From the NCBI GenBank assembly GCA_030390025.1, contig CM059430.1, positions 61,814,001 to 61,878,000 of the forward strand: a DNA stretch of 64,000 nucleotides, written 5' to 3'. The stretch's first letter is position 1; every line of letters begins with the position of its first letter. This document shows, in pieces, positions 40,190-54,273 of the stretch. Position numbers and translations under genes: made by a program. The DNA comes from Squalus acanthias. Lineage: Eukaryota. Under the pieces are notes generated by a model, which had not been told where the DNA came from, did no database searches, and worked only from the letters and a program-made list of their open reading frames with translations.

Positions 40190-41392
40190 GTTTAATTTAT
40201 TGGTACCACTGCCTGATGAGGCGGTCATGGACCCCCCTTCTAGAAGGCCGGTTGAGTGGCTGCCTCCTCCCTCGGTCCTGTTCCTCCTCCTACACGTCCT
40301 CTTCATCTTCCTGTTGCTCCTCCTCCTCCTCATCGTCTTCCTCTTCCTCCTCATCCTCCTCCTCCTCGCCCTCTTCCTCCTCCTGAGGTGGTCCCGCAGT
40401 CTCTGATGGCAAGGGATGGGCCCTTATGATGGTCAAGTGTTGGAGCATGCAGCAGACCACAACGAAATGGGTCACCGACTTTGCCGAGTACTGGAGGGCT
40501 CGTCTCAAGCGGTCATGTCAGCGAAACATTGCTTGAACAACCCGATGGTCTGCTCATTGATGTTCCTGGTGGCATCATATCTCTCATATGATTGCTGGCC
40601 AGGATTGTTGGGGTTGCGGAGGGGCGTCATGAGCCAGTTGGAGAGCAGTTAGTCCTGTCTCCGACCAGCCAACCGTAAGCTTGATGTGATGGCTGGAAGA
40701 ATGCGGGCACACCAGTCTGGCACAGGATGAAGGCATTGTGGCTGCTGCCAGGATAGCGGGCATTCACATTGAGGATTCACTGTCTGTGGTCGCACACCAA
40801 CTGCACATTAAATTAATGGTATCCTTTGTGATAATGGAAAAGCTCAGGATTGTTTTGTGGTGCACACAAAGCCACGTGGGTGCAGTCAATGGCGCTATCC
40901 CGGCAACGCCACATGCACGCTCATCCTGCTTCTCTCTGGTGATGGGGAAGGAAATGTAGTCCCTTTTCGTACTGTAGAGAGCCTCTGTGACTTCCTGAAT
41001 GCAAGGACGGATGGTGAACTGCCAGATTTTCGCTATTCCTCCTGTTGCAGACTGGAAGAAACCACTGGTGAAGAAATTGAGTGTGACGGTGACCTTGACT
41101 GCCACTGAGAGAGTCGTGGTCGACCTGATCTGAGGCTCGAGGTCTGGTTGCAGGAGGTAGCAGAGTTTGGTGAGCACATCCTGAAGTGGAGCCTTCTAAT
41201 GCACGGCTCCTCGCTTAATTTGAGGTAGGAGAAGTGCTCTCAGAATACCTCAGAGTGTAAGACCTCCTTTTGAGAGCCCTGATGGCCCTCCTCCTCCCTC
41301 TGGCCACATCTTGCAATCTTTCTCGCAGCCTCCACTCCCTCCCCAGTAGATCCTGGAGGACGTGGTCGACTACCAGTACAGCCCACATTAAT
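40190..41392 (-). pseudogene. Harbinger 1 HARBI1-like DDE transposase
   Basis: Reads LSVAVKVTVTLNFFTSG.FQ, AIDCTHV and YPGS.H, ALQYS...VVVCCMLQHL, then a poly-Glu tail; frameshifted. Confidence 0.88.
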
Positions 41393-44300
41393 GTAACGAT
41401 GTGTAGCACTTTGAAATTTTGTCACAATAAATTTAACACATTTTTACTTGCCACATTACTTCTGATACTAATGTTCATTTAAATGACTGAATTAAACACT
41501 TGCACAATTGCAAACTGACAAGGAAGCAGTGAAACAGCACTACACTGACAGCTGTGACTCATCAATTTAAATAACGACCCCGGAGCCGCCATCAGCCTAA
41601 CACGCCTCCTCTTCCTGTCGTTGTTGGGGCGAGGCGCTAAGGCATGGGGTGATAATCAATTTGGCAGATAGGGTCCTCAGCGAGCGTTGCACGCTCATTG
41701 ACATCATGATCTGCCTGGCGCTAAAGCCCCAGGGTCTAACTGTTAGCAGCGGCGCTAAGGGGCGACTGGATTTGGCGTGTGGCGCTGGATTCACCTCGCC
41801 CCGGCGCTACTTCATTAGCCCCAGTTAGTGCCCCCGGCAGGCACCAATGGGAGACGCTAACAAAATAAATTTCTCCCCCCTTGTATTTAGAAGAATGAGC
41901 GATAAGAGGTGATCTCTTTGAAACAGATAACATTCTTACAGGGCATGACAGGGTAGATACTGGGAAGATGTTCCCCCTGGCTGGGGAGTCTACAGCTAGG
42001 GTTCACAGGCTCAGAATAAGGTGTTGGCTACTTAGAACTGAGATGAGGAGAAATTTCTTCACTCAAAAGATTGTGAATCTTGGAATTCTCTACCCAGAGT
42101 GCTGTGGATGTTCAGTCGTTGAATATATTCAAGACAGAGATCGATAGGTTTTTGGATACTAATGGAATCATGGGATATGGGGATAATGCGGGAAGGTGGA
42201 GTTCAGGTAGAAGATCAGACATCACCTTATTGAATGACGGAGCAGGCTCAAAGGGCCGAATGGCCTACTCCTGCTCCTATTGTTCTGTTCTTATGCTCTT
42301 ATGGGCACAGCATCAACTCCAAAATTCTCTCCAAGTCACACACCATCTCTACGTAAACATATATTGTGCTTCCTGCTTCATCGCATAGTCATAATACTGG
42401 AACTCCCTCCATCCCTAGGAGTAACTTCACCAGACAGACTGCGCGGTTCAAGAAGAAGGTCCATCACCACCATCTCAATGGCAAATAATGATGGACAATG
42501 AATTCCTGCCTTGCCAACGAAGCTGACTCCCCGATAATGAATTAAACAAATTGCTGTTTATTATAAGAAAATTCAATGTTCATTACTTTCTATTTACATC
42601 CAGTTTCATCACACGGCCACGGCCACTGATGGATACGTAAACTAGATTATTTTAAATATGTTACCATAAAGCAAATGTTTCCATGCACATCTATTTGTAT
42701 ATGAGTGGCGCAATTCTCAATCTCTAGCCTTCCATGCACAGTAGTGTACCTATTGTCGCCCTTTCATCGTGAATAAGAAGTCATCAATAATTGAATTATA
42801 TTAGCAATCCATACTGGTTTTATGACTGCCTCTATCTACCGTCAGGATTGTAGTACTGAAGGAATGCTGCATTGTCCCCAAGCCTAACCCTAACCCTCAC
42901 TTTTCGGACGAGGCCTTAAACTTAGACCCTCTTTTCCTGTTCTGGCCGTTCTGCTTAATTTAAAATACCCCACTGTATTACTTGGAATAAGAACAGGGAA
43001 ATCTTCCGATGACCCGGCCAGCATTCTGCCCGCAACACTGAGCCCTTAAAATAAATTAATTCATCAAGGAGATTATACACCTAATTTCCTGTCTGTGGGG
43101 CATTTTGCACAAATTGGTTGCCCAATTGTCAGGATAAGCACAATGACTGCGCTTCAAAAATAACTAATTGACTGTGAAGTGCTTTGTGATGTCGCGAGTA
43201 GATGAGTAAGGCGCCGTATTCATGAAAATTCTTTATTTTGCTTTGAAGTAGTGAACGTATGGACGGCAATCCATTAACGTCCCAAAATAGACTCCGTTTT
43301 CTGCATTTGTACAATTCCTTAACTACCCGATTTTAATTTGAGAAGTTTTAAATAATAATTAAGACTGAATATTAAATATTTCAGATAATTTTTAATGCAA
43401 ATGAAGGTTACTAATATGAGGCCCAAACCAAACAATGAGAGGCTTGGTGCTAATTTAAGCATGACGCAACCAGGGAAAGTGATCTCATCATGTCGCAAAC
43501 AGATATCGTCGAGTCGTCAAACCCACTGTTTCTCACACGGAAACTACAGCCATTGAATTAGCTTGCGATAAATGTTCATGTTGAAGTTTATTCTAAACAA
43601 AATATCAGAACTGTAATTAACATCAGGAGAAGTAGCTAAGGCCACAAATTCTCCATCCAATTCTTCCACCTCCTCAAAGTGTTGATTCCTGATGGAGAAC
43701 ATTCTACGATTTCCGCGTTGCTGGCTTCTCACCTAAGTGGTTTCTTCGAGTGTGAGACTGGACCATCAATGTCATCTGGCTCACGTGCGCGTGAGTGTGT
43801 ATACGTGCGTGTGTGTGCATGTTTGTGTGTGTGTGTTGGGGAGGTCATTGAACTGAACCAATGTAATCCTCAGCTGAGACCTTCAGGTGGAAGACACTGG
43901 CGAACGATCACGAATGGAAGCTCCATGTAATACTCCATCTTTTGGCCCAGAGGAGACCAGTTGTAGTGCTCTACTATTGACAGATTAAAATTAGCTACCT
44001 CAGCACAAACGAGATATTCAAACCGAGACCTATATACTTTTGTTCGATTACGTCGCTGTGAAGAGCCTTGGGACGTTTTCGTACTTTCAAGGAGCTACAT
44101 AAATACAAATTGTTGATGTTTGGCATAGTATCACATCGCAAAATGCATTCCTCAGCTAGTTGGAAGGGACATACAGCTGCCTTTTATGCATTTAGTGAAG
44201 CATTGGAATAGGAGTAGGCCATTCAACCCTTCGACCCTGTTCCGCGACTTAATTAGTGCCTGAACTGTACCTCAATCCCATTTACTCGCTATTGCACCAT

Positions 44301-44774
44301 AACCCTTGAAACACTTTACCCAATAAATATCTATAGATCTAAAATTGATCATTTCAATTGACCCAGCAGCCACAGCCTTTTGAGAGAGAGAGTTCTAGAT
44401 TTCCATTAGCCATTGCGTGAAGAAGTATGCATGCAACACGCGAGCATTTAAAATATTTCTGATTAATCTATTTCACTTGCGCTGACCTAGTGTAGGAATT
44501 GGTTGAATTTACTATTTTTTTTAAATCTACACCACAGTTGCTTACGCTTTCATTTTATAAATAATATTATCTCATGGTAATGTCATGTCTATGAAGTTAC
44601 AATATGGAGAGCTGCTTTCTTGGGATGTAACTGTCTACTATATTCTTCTGCAGCTTGTTAAATAATGTCTCATTTCTATTTACAAAGAACAAGCTGCATT
44701 CATATCGTGCATTTACTGCAGCAAATGTTACAAAGCGGTTCACAGTTGGGCGTCAGATCCAAGCTGAAGCAGAA

Positions 44775-46852
44775 ATCACAATAAATATAAAAACTGATTT
44801 TAATAGCTTTCACAAGAATGTAAGACGGAAGAGATTAGCGTAAGTAAACGTGAGTTCCTTAGAGGCAGAGACAGGAGAAATTATAATAGGAAATAAAGAA
44901 ATGGCAGAGACGTTAAACAATTATTTTGTATCTAACTTCACAGTAGAGGATGCAAAGAACATTGTGGGGAACCTCGTGTCTAATGAGAGTGAGGAACCTA
45001 AATTAATTAATATTAGTAAAGATAAAGTACTGGAGCAATTAATTGGACTAAAATCCGACAAATCCCCTGGACTACATTGTGGAGTTTTAAAAGAGGTTGT
45101 TGCAGAGATAGTGGATGCATTGGTTTTGATCTTCCAGAATCCGCTAGATTCTAGAACTGGCCCTGTGGATTCAAAGGTAGCAAATGTAACCATGCTGTTC
45201 AATAAAGGAGGGAGAGAGAAACCACGGACTATGGGCCATTCAACATGAAATCAATAGTAGGGAAAATGCTAGAATCTATTATTAAGGAATTTTTAAAATC
45301 ACAATGGGTCGGATATTCCGATCCGTACGGGTGGGTACGCGCTGTGCACCCATCCTTGGAGACATCGGAAATGCTGGTTTCAGGCATGCACAGCGCATGC
45401 GCTGAAAACCGGCATTTCTGATCTGTCAAGAATCCACTTGACAGATCCTCCGGCTGCCCTGGAGAAGGGCCTCTGCGGGCGGATAGTTCCGCTTTTTGGA
45501 GACCCTTCGCCCGCAGAAAACCCTTACAATTCTTACGCCTGGTAAAAAAATTGTTTACACTGATTTATCATTTAAAAATACTTTAAAAAAGGTAAGTTTA
45601 TTTTTAGCCCCGTAAAATACTTTAATTATTGTTTTCAAAAAATTAAATTTTTGTTTAAAATACTTAATTTATTGTAATTTCCAGTCATTTTAAAAATGTG
45701 ATTTAAAAAAAAAATTATTTAAAGTTTTACTATGTTTTTTCATTGATCTCCATTCATATATTTGACAGGTCTTCCTGTCAAATGTATGAAGGGAGATTCC
45801 CTTCTGTGATTGGTTCCCCATGGCCCACGTGATCCCAGAGACGCTGCGAACGACATGTGCCTCTGGGATACGTGGGCCCTGCGCACTTCAAGTTTGGTGA
45901 GGCCGAGCATCGGAACTGTGCACGTCCCGGAAGCCCTCAGACAAGCACGCAGATTTTTTCCAGATCGCAGGCCTCCACCTGCGGGAGGCCTGCGACCGGA
46001 AAAAACGGGCCAATATGATTGGAGGGAAAACTGTGTTTGACGAATCTATTAGTGTTTTTCTGGGTTGTAACTAGCAGGGTAGATAAGGGGAAACCAGTGT
46101 GTGCAGTATATTTGTATTTCCTGAAGGCATTCCATAAGGTGACACACAAGAGGTTGTTACACAAGATTAGGCTCATGGGATTTGGGGGTAATATATTACC
46201 ATGGATTGAGGATTGGTTAACGGCCAGAAAACAGAGAGTAGGTAATTTTTGGTATGTTAGCTTTTCTTGCAAGTGGGCTGGATTATATAAGTAAGGAAGT
46301 CTTGCTCCGATTTTAGAGGGCATTGGTGAGACCGCACCTGGAGCACTGTGTACAGTTTTGGTCTCCTTACCTAAGGAAGGATATACTTGCCTTAGAGGGT
46401 GCAATGAAGGTTCACTAGCTTGATTCCTGGGATGGGAGTGCTGCCCTCTGAGGAAAGGTTGACCAGAATGGGTCTATATTCTCTGGAGTGCTTTTGAAAC
46501 GTGTACAATTCTTAGAGGGCTTCACAGGGAAGATGCTGAGAGGTTGTTTTCCCTGGCTGGAGAGTCTAGAGCTAGGGGTCATATTTTCTGGATAAGCGGT
46601 CCGCCATTTAGGACTGTGATGAGGAGAAATTCCTCACTCAGAGGGTTGTGAATCTGTGGAATTCTCTACCCGAGAGGGCGGTTGATTCTCAGTCGATGTG
46701 TATATCAAGACTGAGATCGATAGATTTTTGGGCATTTAGGGAATCAAAGGATATGGGGATCGGGCGGGAAAGTGGAGATGACCTAGGATTTCAGCTATGA
46801 TCGTATTGCATGTTCGAGGGGCTGTTTGGCCTACTTCTGCTCCGATTTCCTA
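44775..46852 (+). mobile_element. CR1 LINE, internally deleted
   Basis: Reads AETGEIIIGNKEMAETLNNYF and YLYFLKAFHKVTH; tail present. Confidence 0.85.
45306..46011 (-). mobile_element. Harbinger-type MITE
   Basis: aat|gggtcgg...cgggcc|aat, a perfect 3-bp TSD inside a CR1. Confidence 0.85.
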
Positions 46853-48409
46853 GAGGACATTAGAGGAGCTGGTCGGTGGTTCCATCCCACAGTTAAGTTT
46901 GATAGTGGACAAGATGCAGTCGGGCAGAATATTTTGGAAGAGAAGTAAATAATGCCGAATTGCAGATGACTGACGACTCTGCCACCGATGTAGGGTATGG
47001 GGAGGATGGGATGTGTGGTCAAGCAGACTTGGAAAGCCTGAGATCAGAGCAAGGATGGAGTGCAGTGCTATTGTGGAGGCATTTGTAGATAAGGAGGAGG
47101 AATTTGAAGTCTAGCCCTAGAGGCACAGGGGCTCATTATTGTTGTCCTAAATAGTGTTCTGTTGTTCATTTGAGTAGTAATGAATTCAGTCTTCTTGTTA
47201 TAATTATTTTATTCGTTAACTTCAGCATAACAAGCAATTTACAAGCGGAATATAGTCACAGGTAAAGCGCGCAAAAATAGACATAGGTCATTTCTCATGC
47301 TGCTTGAACAAAGGAACAAACTTATATTTATACATTGTATTCTTATCAAACTGGAACTAGCATTGCCTAATATGGAAGTCTCTTGCTACTGCATAGTCCA
47401 GAGAAAGAAGTCTACATTTTCTTCAACATACATCAACAATGTTAGATACACGTAAAAACACCATGGCCATGCTGTGGTAAGCACAGCACTTCTAGTCTCT
47501 AGACATTCTGACCATAACAATTCTAATCTAAACATTCTATTATGAACATATCCAAGGCCGGTTGGTTGTGAACGCTGACTGTTGCTAAGTGAAATCTGTA
47601 TCTCTCTCTCTCTCTCTCTCATGATGCCAACCATCTCTTTTCCCTACATTTAATGAACTAAACATGAACACCTTTTGGAAGCTGATTTAACCGAGTTCCA
47701 TATGGCAACAATTATTCAGAGGGAATATTGGTGAATGGCAATTTGCAAGTTCAGATTGTCACACTGGAGGTCTCAATCAGTGCTTGGAGGTTGGAACTTA
47801 GAAAGCTGGCTGTGAGGGCTTGGGAAAGTCCAGTCTGCAGGTGGCAAAGTTGTTGTTGAGAGTTTCCGTGGCAGTGAAGATGAAATGGGGATTGAGAGAC
47901 GTGCTATTAGTAGGCAGTCTTGGTCACTGGCTGGATGTAGGACTCGAAGCTCAGGTCAGGTACGCACTTGTGCATTGTCAGTTTGATCCTGAGCGTGAAT
48001 CCTGGAATGGGATGGTACTGAAGAGTAAAGCACTGAGATTCTGGCGGTGGCCGAACAGTATAACCTCTGTCTTCAGTGAGATCAGTCACGGAACAACATA
48101 CAATGAAAAATATAAAGAGTGAACAACTAGCTGTTGTGGTGGGTTAATATATTATACTTTCAATAATTCCACCTCTAAGTGAAGCAAGCCCGCGTGAAGC
48201 GATCAAAGTCCCCAATCCTTTTCTATTCCTCCCAGAGCTTCCTACATGAAACGCGTTTGAGACGTTTGTAGACCAATTTCTAAAGGACAAGAGCCTACTA
48301 CAGAAAAAGATAATTCGTAATTAGAGACAAATTTTCTGCTCAGTGGCCCCGCAGGGGCGGACATATATGAGGGAGGTGGAAATAGCTGTATCAGGGAGAT
48401 GGAAATATC

Positions 48410-48812
48410 TATACCAGTGCAAAAATGATTCGCAATGCTGATACTAGAACTGAGAGGATATACTTATCAGGAAAGGCTGAACAGGCCAGGGCTCTTTTCT
48501 TTAGAAAAGACGAGGCTGAGGGGAGATCTGATCGAGGACTTTACGATTATGAAAGGATTTGATGGGGTAGACGTAGACAAAAAGATTCCACTTGAAGGGG
48601 AGTCCAAAACAAGAGGTCATAAATAAAGAAGTACCTCTAATAAATCCAGTAGTTGATTCAGAAGAACCTTATTACCAAAAGAGTCGTAAGAATGTGGAGA
48701 GTGAAAGCACAAGGAGCAGGTTAAGCAAATAGCATAGATGCATTTAAGGGGCAGTTAGAAAATCACACGAGGAAGAAAATAATACAAGGATGGGCTAATG
48801 ATCCTTAGATGA
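48410..48812 (+). mobile_element. CR1 3' fragment
   Basis: Reads YQERLNRPGLFSLEKTRLRGDLIE. Confidence 0.8.
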
Positions 48813-48819
48813 GAAAAAA

Positions 48820-49208
48820 ATAAAAGAAAGGCTTGCATTTATATAGCGTCTTTCAAGACCTCAGGACATCCCAAAGCACTTTACATTCAATGAAATGGTT
48901 TTGACGTGTAGTCACTGTTGTAATGTAGGAAATGTGGCAGCCAATTTGTGCACAGCAAACTCCCAGAAACAGCACTGTTATAATGACCAGATAATCTGGT
49001 TTTGTTTGTAATGTTGATTGAGGGATAGATATTGTCAGAACACCGGGGATTACTTTAATGCTCTTCTTCTAAATCATGCCATAGGACCTTTTACATCCAC
49101 CTGAGAGTGCAGGCGGGGCCTCGTTTTAGCGTCTCATCTGAAAGACAATGTAACACTCCCTCAGTGCTGCATTCGAGTTTCAGCCTAGATTTTTGTGCTC
49201 ACATCTCT
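48820..49208 (-). mobile_element. Deu-domain SINE (SacSINE1/AmnSINE1-like)
   Basis: Reverse complement of the 52853-53318 body and tail. Confidence 0.75.
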
Positions 49209-49292
49209 GGGTGGGAGGAGGCTCATGTGGAGCATAAACGCTAGCATAGACCAGTTAGGCTGAATGGCCTGTTTTTGTGCTGTAGACTCTAT

Positions 49293-50003
49293 GGCCCGGA
49301 TTCTGAGGTTCTGCTGACGGAATTTTATCCTTCGGAAAGGCCCAGCAAGTTCTGGGTTTCCACATGCGCTGCATATGCGCGAAAACATGGACCTTGCAAT
49401 CTGCCATGTTCATCTTGACAGATCTACCGAACCGAATAGAAAATCACTTCCGCTTATGCAGAGTTGGGCTATTAGCCCAACTACTGTCCAGCAAATGCCC
49501 ACGAAAACCTTATGCCTGGTAAAAACAGACATAGGGCCAGCTTTCACGAGCATAAGGGTTAATATAAATCTTAAATTAAAAATTTAAAAATTAATAATTA
49601 GTTTATGCAAATTTTGCTCCGGATTACATTTTTATTGTATTTGCTTTACTGAAGTGACTTTCAATTTAATTTGAAAATGTGAGCCTTTATTATTATTCTA
49701 GTTGTATAAATTATTTAATTATTTGGGGATTCATAATATGTTTCTGGGGATCCCATGCGGAAATGCAATCCCTTTAAGCGTATTAGGAATTCTCCTTTCT
49801 GATTTGACGACCTGGCCCACGTGACCAAAAGCACACTACCGAACCGCCTGTGTCCCTGGGATCGGTTGACATTTCCACAGGTCTACGCCTTTCGGCCAGG
49901 ACCCAAAGTCTCAGCAGCCTTGGACCCTGAAAGTCAGTGCGGATATTTTTAGCTGGTCGGAGGCGTACACCGGAGGTACGTCTCCGACCGCAAATTCCGG
50001 GCC
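49293..50003 (-). mobile_element. Harbinger-type MITE
   Basis: tat|ggcccgga...ttccgggcc|tat, TSD TAT. Confidence 0.85.
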
Positions 50004-50669
50004 TATGCAATTCCATGTAGTTGGAAGTGCTCATCTGGCGTTTGGGCGAAGAAATACTGTCCGCTCACAGACAGGGTAAAATGAGTTGTCTGCTACATCC
50101 GGCTATGTTACCTGGTAGTAAGTAATACCTGAAGTGGATGCCCCATATTTTACGTCTTTCACTTTTAGGAGTCCCAAATATATATCTTCCTTCTGTACTC
50201 TTTATTTATGACAGACTGCAGAGTAATTAATTTTTTATACCAGTCTTGAAATGAATTGTCCCTGGGAAGAAATCGATATTGACTTTGAATGGAACATCTG
50301 AAAAAATGAGGTTGCCCGTTTATCTGGCTCCTTTAAGCAATGTTAGAACAGTTTTTACAGTTGGATTGACAGTCATGGAAGCATAATGTATTAATCGACC
50401 ACAAGATCTAATTAATCCAATCAACTCTCATTTAAATTACTAAATCATATTCCCTTATAATAAATACTATTCCGTTGAAGCTTTAGATGTAATATTGTGT
50501 TGGAATTACTCTGAGTCAGAATAGGGACTGACGTTGACGTAAACAGAGGACATTGCATGTAGATTCGGCCAATGAAAAGAAGTAAAAGGCGTCTACATTT
50601 AGAATTGATATCATTTGAATCTTTGTTCTGTGTAGCTGATCGGCGCTTATCTCTTTTGGTGTACGGTCC

Positions 50670-50774
50670 TTATTCTGTGCTCTTTACCTTCCTTCTAGAT
50701 TTTCCATTTTTCTTGGAACTAAGCAGAATAACGGTTGCGTACGTCAGCGGGTTATCAACTGCTTCTTGCAAGGT
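50670..50774 (-). CDS. Gene 2 last cytoplasmic exon with ITIM
   Basis: ctttaatag|TLQEAVDNPLTYATVILLSSKKNGKSRRKVKSTE*, homologous to the gene 1 tail exons. AATAAA on the minus strand at 50201-50206. Confidence 0.75.
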   Translation of the reverse strand, partial: TLQEAVDNPLTYATVILLSSKKNGKSRRKVKSTE

Positions 50775-52852
50775 CTATTAAAGCAATGTGTTGTAAAGTT
50801 ATCTCATTAACTTCATTAATCTTCAGAATGCTTTATAAAACAGAGTAAGATCATGATGATATTTGAATATTCCTTAGATTAATATATTTATATTATTGGG
50901 CTAGCTACTTACCTCATCAATTTCATTTACATAACATTCATTCCCCTATAATAAGTTATTTTCAAGTAAAGCTATAGAAAATCCCAACTCCATAATGTTG
51001 TTAATATAGTTTAATAACCATCAAGCCATTGTCCACAGTATGCAGTATTCAATGCCCATTGCATCCCAGTTTCACAGGCCACATGTTTGATACAGTGTTA
51101 GCATCATAGGGGAAGAGATTCATTTTAGCCCAGGAATGGGCACTAACTTTGGAAACGTTTAAGATTTAGTGCCAGGTGCTAAGGAATTTTGCTGCAATCA
51201 AAATTCAGTGTCATCGCTCAAAGAAAGGATGGGAGCGCTAAATCAAATGCTAATGGCCTAGCTCAGTGGCGTTACACTCAAAACTCCAACCAATATCAGG
51301 TGCCGTCTAATTGCAATTCATCATTGCCACAGGCTCTTTCCAGTTCTTAAAGGGGAGGGTCATTAATGCTGCAGAAACTCATTCTCAGCATTGCTGCCTG
51401 TCAACCTGTGTGAGCAAGCAGGAGCAGGCCAAGTCCAAGGAGCCGGACGACTCAATCAGCTGTACTCATGGCAGATCCACGCCCCAGGGAGAGAGCCCGC
51501 AGATTTTCGGACCAAGCATTGCAGGAGTTGGTGTCCGCTGTGGAGAGACGGAGGGTGGTGTGCTACTTCGAAAGTGGCAGGAAGCCCTCGCCGCAAGTCT
51601 TCTGTGTCATGTGGAGGGAGGTTGCCCATCAGGTGTTAGGCAGCACTGTGGTCCCCAGGACCCATACACAGAGCCAAAATAAATTAAAGTACCTCACGCA
51701 GGTGGTCAGTGATTCAATGCCTCAACTAATGCTACATACCACCGTCTGAGCCACATTCTGCCCTGGCTAAAGCACCACACCCCAGCCCTCACCCACCAAC
51801 AATCTCTACCTACCAACACTCACACCCACATCTCACGCCTTGCACACAATGACAGCTATTCAAATATGGCAGGCACATCACCCAAACACATTGCTCCACA
51901 CTCACTCACATACTTTCCTTTCTCTTGCAGGCCAACATGGCTCACAACAGGAGGGAGCAGGGGCGCACAGGCGGGACACAAATCGACACCCAACCACTGT
52001 CTGCGCTGGAAAATGGAGTACTGGAGATTATTGGGTGCTAGGTAGTGGGTGTCATGGCCACTGGTGACTGTTGACTCCTTGGGGACAACAGCGGTATGTT
52101 CATCCCTACTCCTTCTTCTCAAATCGCACTTCCCCCTCATCCCACAAGCCTTTGGCACTTTCCAGCTAACCATTTTGTATGCATTCATTTCTCCCTTCCT
52201 GCCCCGCTCCCCTCACCTTAACCTGACTCTTGTGTCTTTATGCTTTCAGATAATGAGCAAGCACCTGAGCAGCCTGTCCCTGAGGGCACCATAGAAAGCG
52301 GGGTCGGGAGATGAGGAAGAGGAAGAACACAATGTGTCACTGCATGTTTCATCCGCAGGCACCAGCTCAGATACCGGCACTACGCATTCTTTAGAGGCTA
52401 GCATAGTAGCGGGATGTGCACAGGGTGAGGCACCGGGGACGAGCAGGCTGCAGCAAGGCCAGGACGAAAGGGTAGCTCGTGGTTCAGCTCCCCGGAGGGC
52501 GAATTCTGCTGCACAGGACTCAGGTGAGGACCTCGATGGGGAGGCGTTTAGAAGAAGGGTGATAGGCATGCAAACAGAGATGATAGGTGCAATGGCAAGG
52601 GTGCCTGAGAGCCTCTTGGCAATGATAGAGAACGTGGAGGACTCTGCTTCAAACATTGCACAAAGATCTGCGCATACCATGGAGCCCATCATTTCTAGTC
52701 TGCAAAGGATGGTGACTCCCAGAGTGACTGTGGCGACCCAGACATGATGCCATATGTGCTGGGTGATCTGGCCGCTTCCACCTCAGCACAGGCAGAAGCG
52801 ACAATACGTGTTTGTGCAGTAATGCAGTCTATGCTTGGTGGCATCCAATGAA

Positions 52853-52875
52853 AGTGTCAGCTGTGTCTCAGTGGT

Positions 52876-52908
<33 letters not shown>

Positions 52909-53318
52909 GTTCATAGTCCCACTCAGGGACTTGAGCACAAAAATCTAGGCTGACACTCCAGTAGAGTACTGAGGGAGTGCTGCACTGTCAGAGGTGCCAT
53001 CTTTCAGATGAGACATTAAAACGAGGCCCCCTCTGCTCTCTCAGCTGGACGTGAAAGATTCCGTGTCACTATTTCGAAAAAGAGCAGGCCAATTATCCCT
53101 GGTGTCCTCGCCAATATTTATCCCTCAATCAACATGTCAGAAACAGATTACTTTTCATTATCTCGTTGCTGTTTGTGGAACCTTGTTGTGCACACATTCA
53201 TTGCCGCATTTCTTACATTACAACAGTGACTACAATTCAAAAAGTACTTAATTGGCTGTAAAGCGCTTTGAGATGTCCGGTGGTCATGAAAGTCACTGTA
53301 GAAATGCAAGATTTTTTT
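52853..53318 (+). mobile_element. tRNA-derived Deu-domain SINE (SacSINE1-like) nested in Harbinger 2
   Basis: A-box ctcagtggttagc, B-box gggttcatagtccc, Deu core ggtgccatctttcagatgagacattaaa, LINE-like tail. Confidence 0.8.
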
Positions 53319-53617
53319 CTTTCTCAGACTGCTATCATTCAGTCTCAGCTTGATGCCACGCAAGGTCTGACTGCTGTCATCGTGGATGGGCCTACCGCCG
53401 GCGACCGGAGCTTCCGCAGTGTCTCAGCAGGCCAGCAATCTGCTCCAAAAGATTGCTGAGGATGCTGAGGTGTTGCCCAAGAGGAGTGGCAGTAGTTCAG
53501 TGGAGCCGGAACCTTCTGTCCTCTCTCAGGATGACAGCATTCCTGCTCCCACCACTGCCACTCGACCATTGCACTTGTCGCTGCCTGTCATCCCACCAGC
53601 CGAGACTGCTGCCGCCT

Positions 53618-54273
53618 GTGCATGAGCTGAAAACCGGCACTTGCGATCTGTCAAGAATTCTCTTGACAGATCATCCGCCTGCCTGGGAAAAGTGCTTCTG
53701 CGGGTGGAGTGTTGCGCTTTTTGCACAACGTCTGCCAAATGAAATACCACATAATTCTTCTGCATGGTAAAGCATGCATAAGGTCTGGTTTTACCAGCTT
53801 AAGAGTGTTGAAAAATAGAAAAATTAAATTTGATTACTCATTTATAAATTAAAAATACTCTTCACAAACGTAAGTTTATTTTTAAACCCGTAAAAACATT
53901 TTTTTTATTAAAAAAAAAATTAAATGGAATTTTAATTAATTTTAATTATGTAGTTATTTTTAAATGTATTTAATATTTTAGTGAGTTTTTAAATGTCATA
54001 CCCATTCGTAATTTTGACAGTTCTATCCCTACAGACCTATCAAAAGCATGAAGGGGGTTTCCCTTCTTTGATTGGTTCGCCTGGCCCACCTGATCCGAGG
54101 GGCTGTTGCAAACCAGATGCACCCCTGGGATACGTGGGCCTCTGTGCATTTCCAACTGGAGAGGCCCAGGATCGGAAGTCTCGGGATCTATGGAACCAGC
54201 AGGTAGGTTCATAGATTTTATTCCGATCGGAGGCATCCGCCCGCAGGAAGCCTCTGATCGGAAATTCAGGGGC
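53618..54273 (-). mobile_element. MITE, one end truncated, nested in Harbinger 2
   Basis: Homologous to 45306-46011. Confidence 0.78.

Larger units (their letters stand above)
37773..41880. mobile_element. Decayed autonomous PIF/Harbinger transposon 1
   Basis: TIRs ggggtagaaatt and aaatttctcccc; convergent Myb/SANT-like and DDE transposase genes. Confidence 0.9.
35000..42300 (+). mobile_element. CR1 LINE (EN to tail) interrupted by a minus CR1 tail (35110-35605), a MITE (37030-37579) and a Harbinger (37773-41880)
   Basis: GDFN EN motif at ~36095; the C-terminus resumes at 37580 and again at 41881. Confidence 0.8.

Noticed and set aside
40290-40390. Poly-Glu/poly-Leu/Arg-rich ORFs
   Set aside because: GAG-rich tract at the end of the Harbinger transposase, not a host gene.
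43544-43735. Possible leader or TM exon on the minus strand
   Set aside because: The hydrophobic frame contains stops and no partner exons were found.
52853-52925. tRNA-like sequence
   Set aside because: SINE head continuing into Deu domain and tail; not a tRNA gene.
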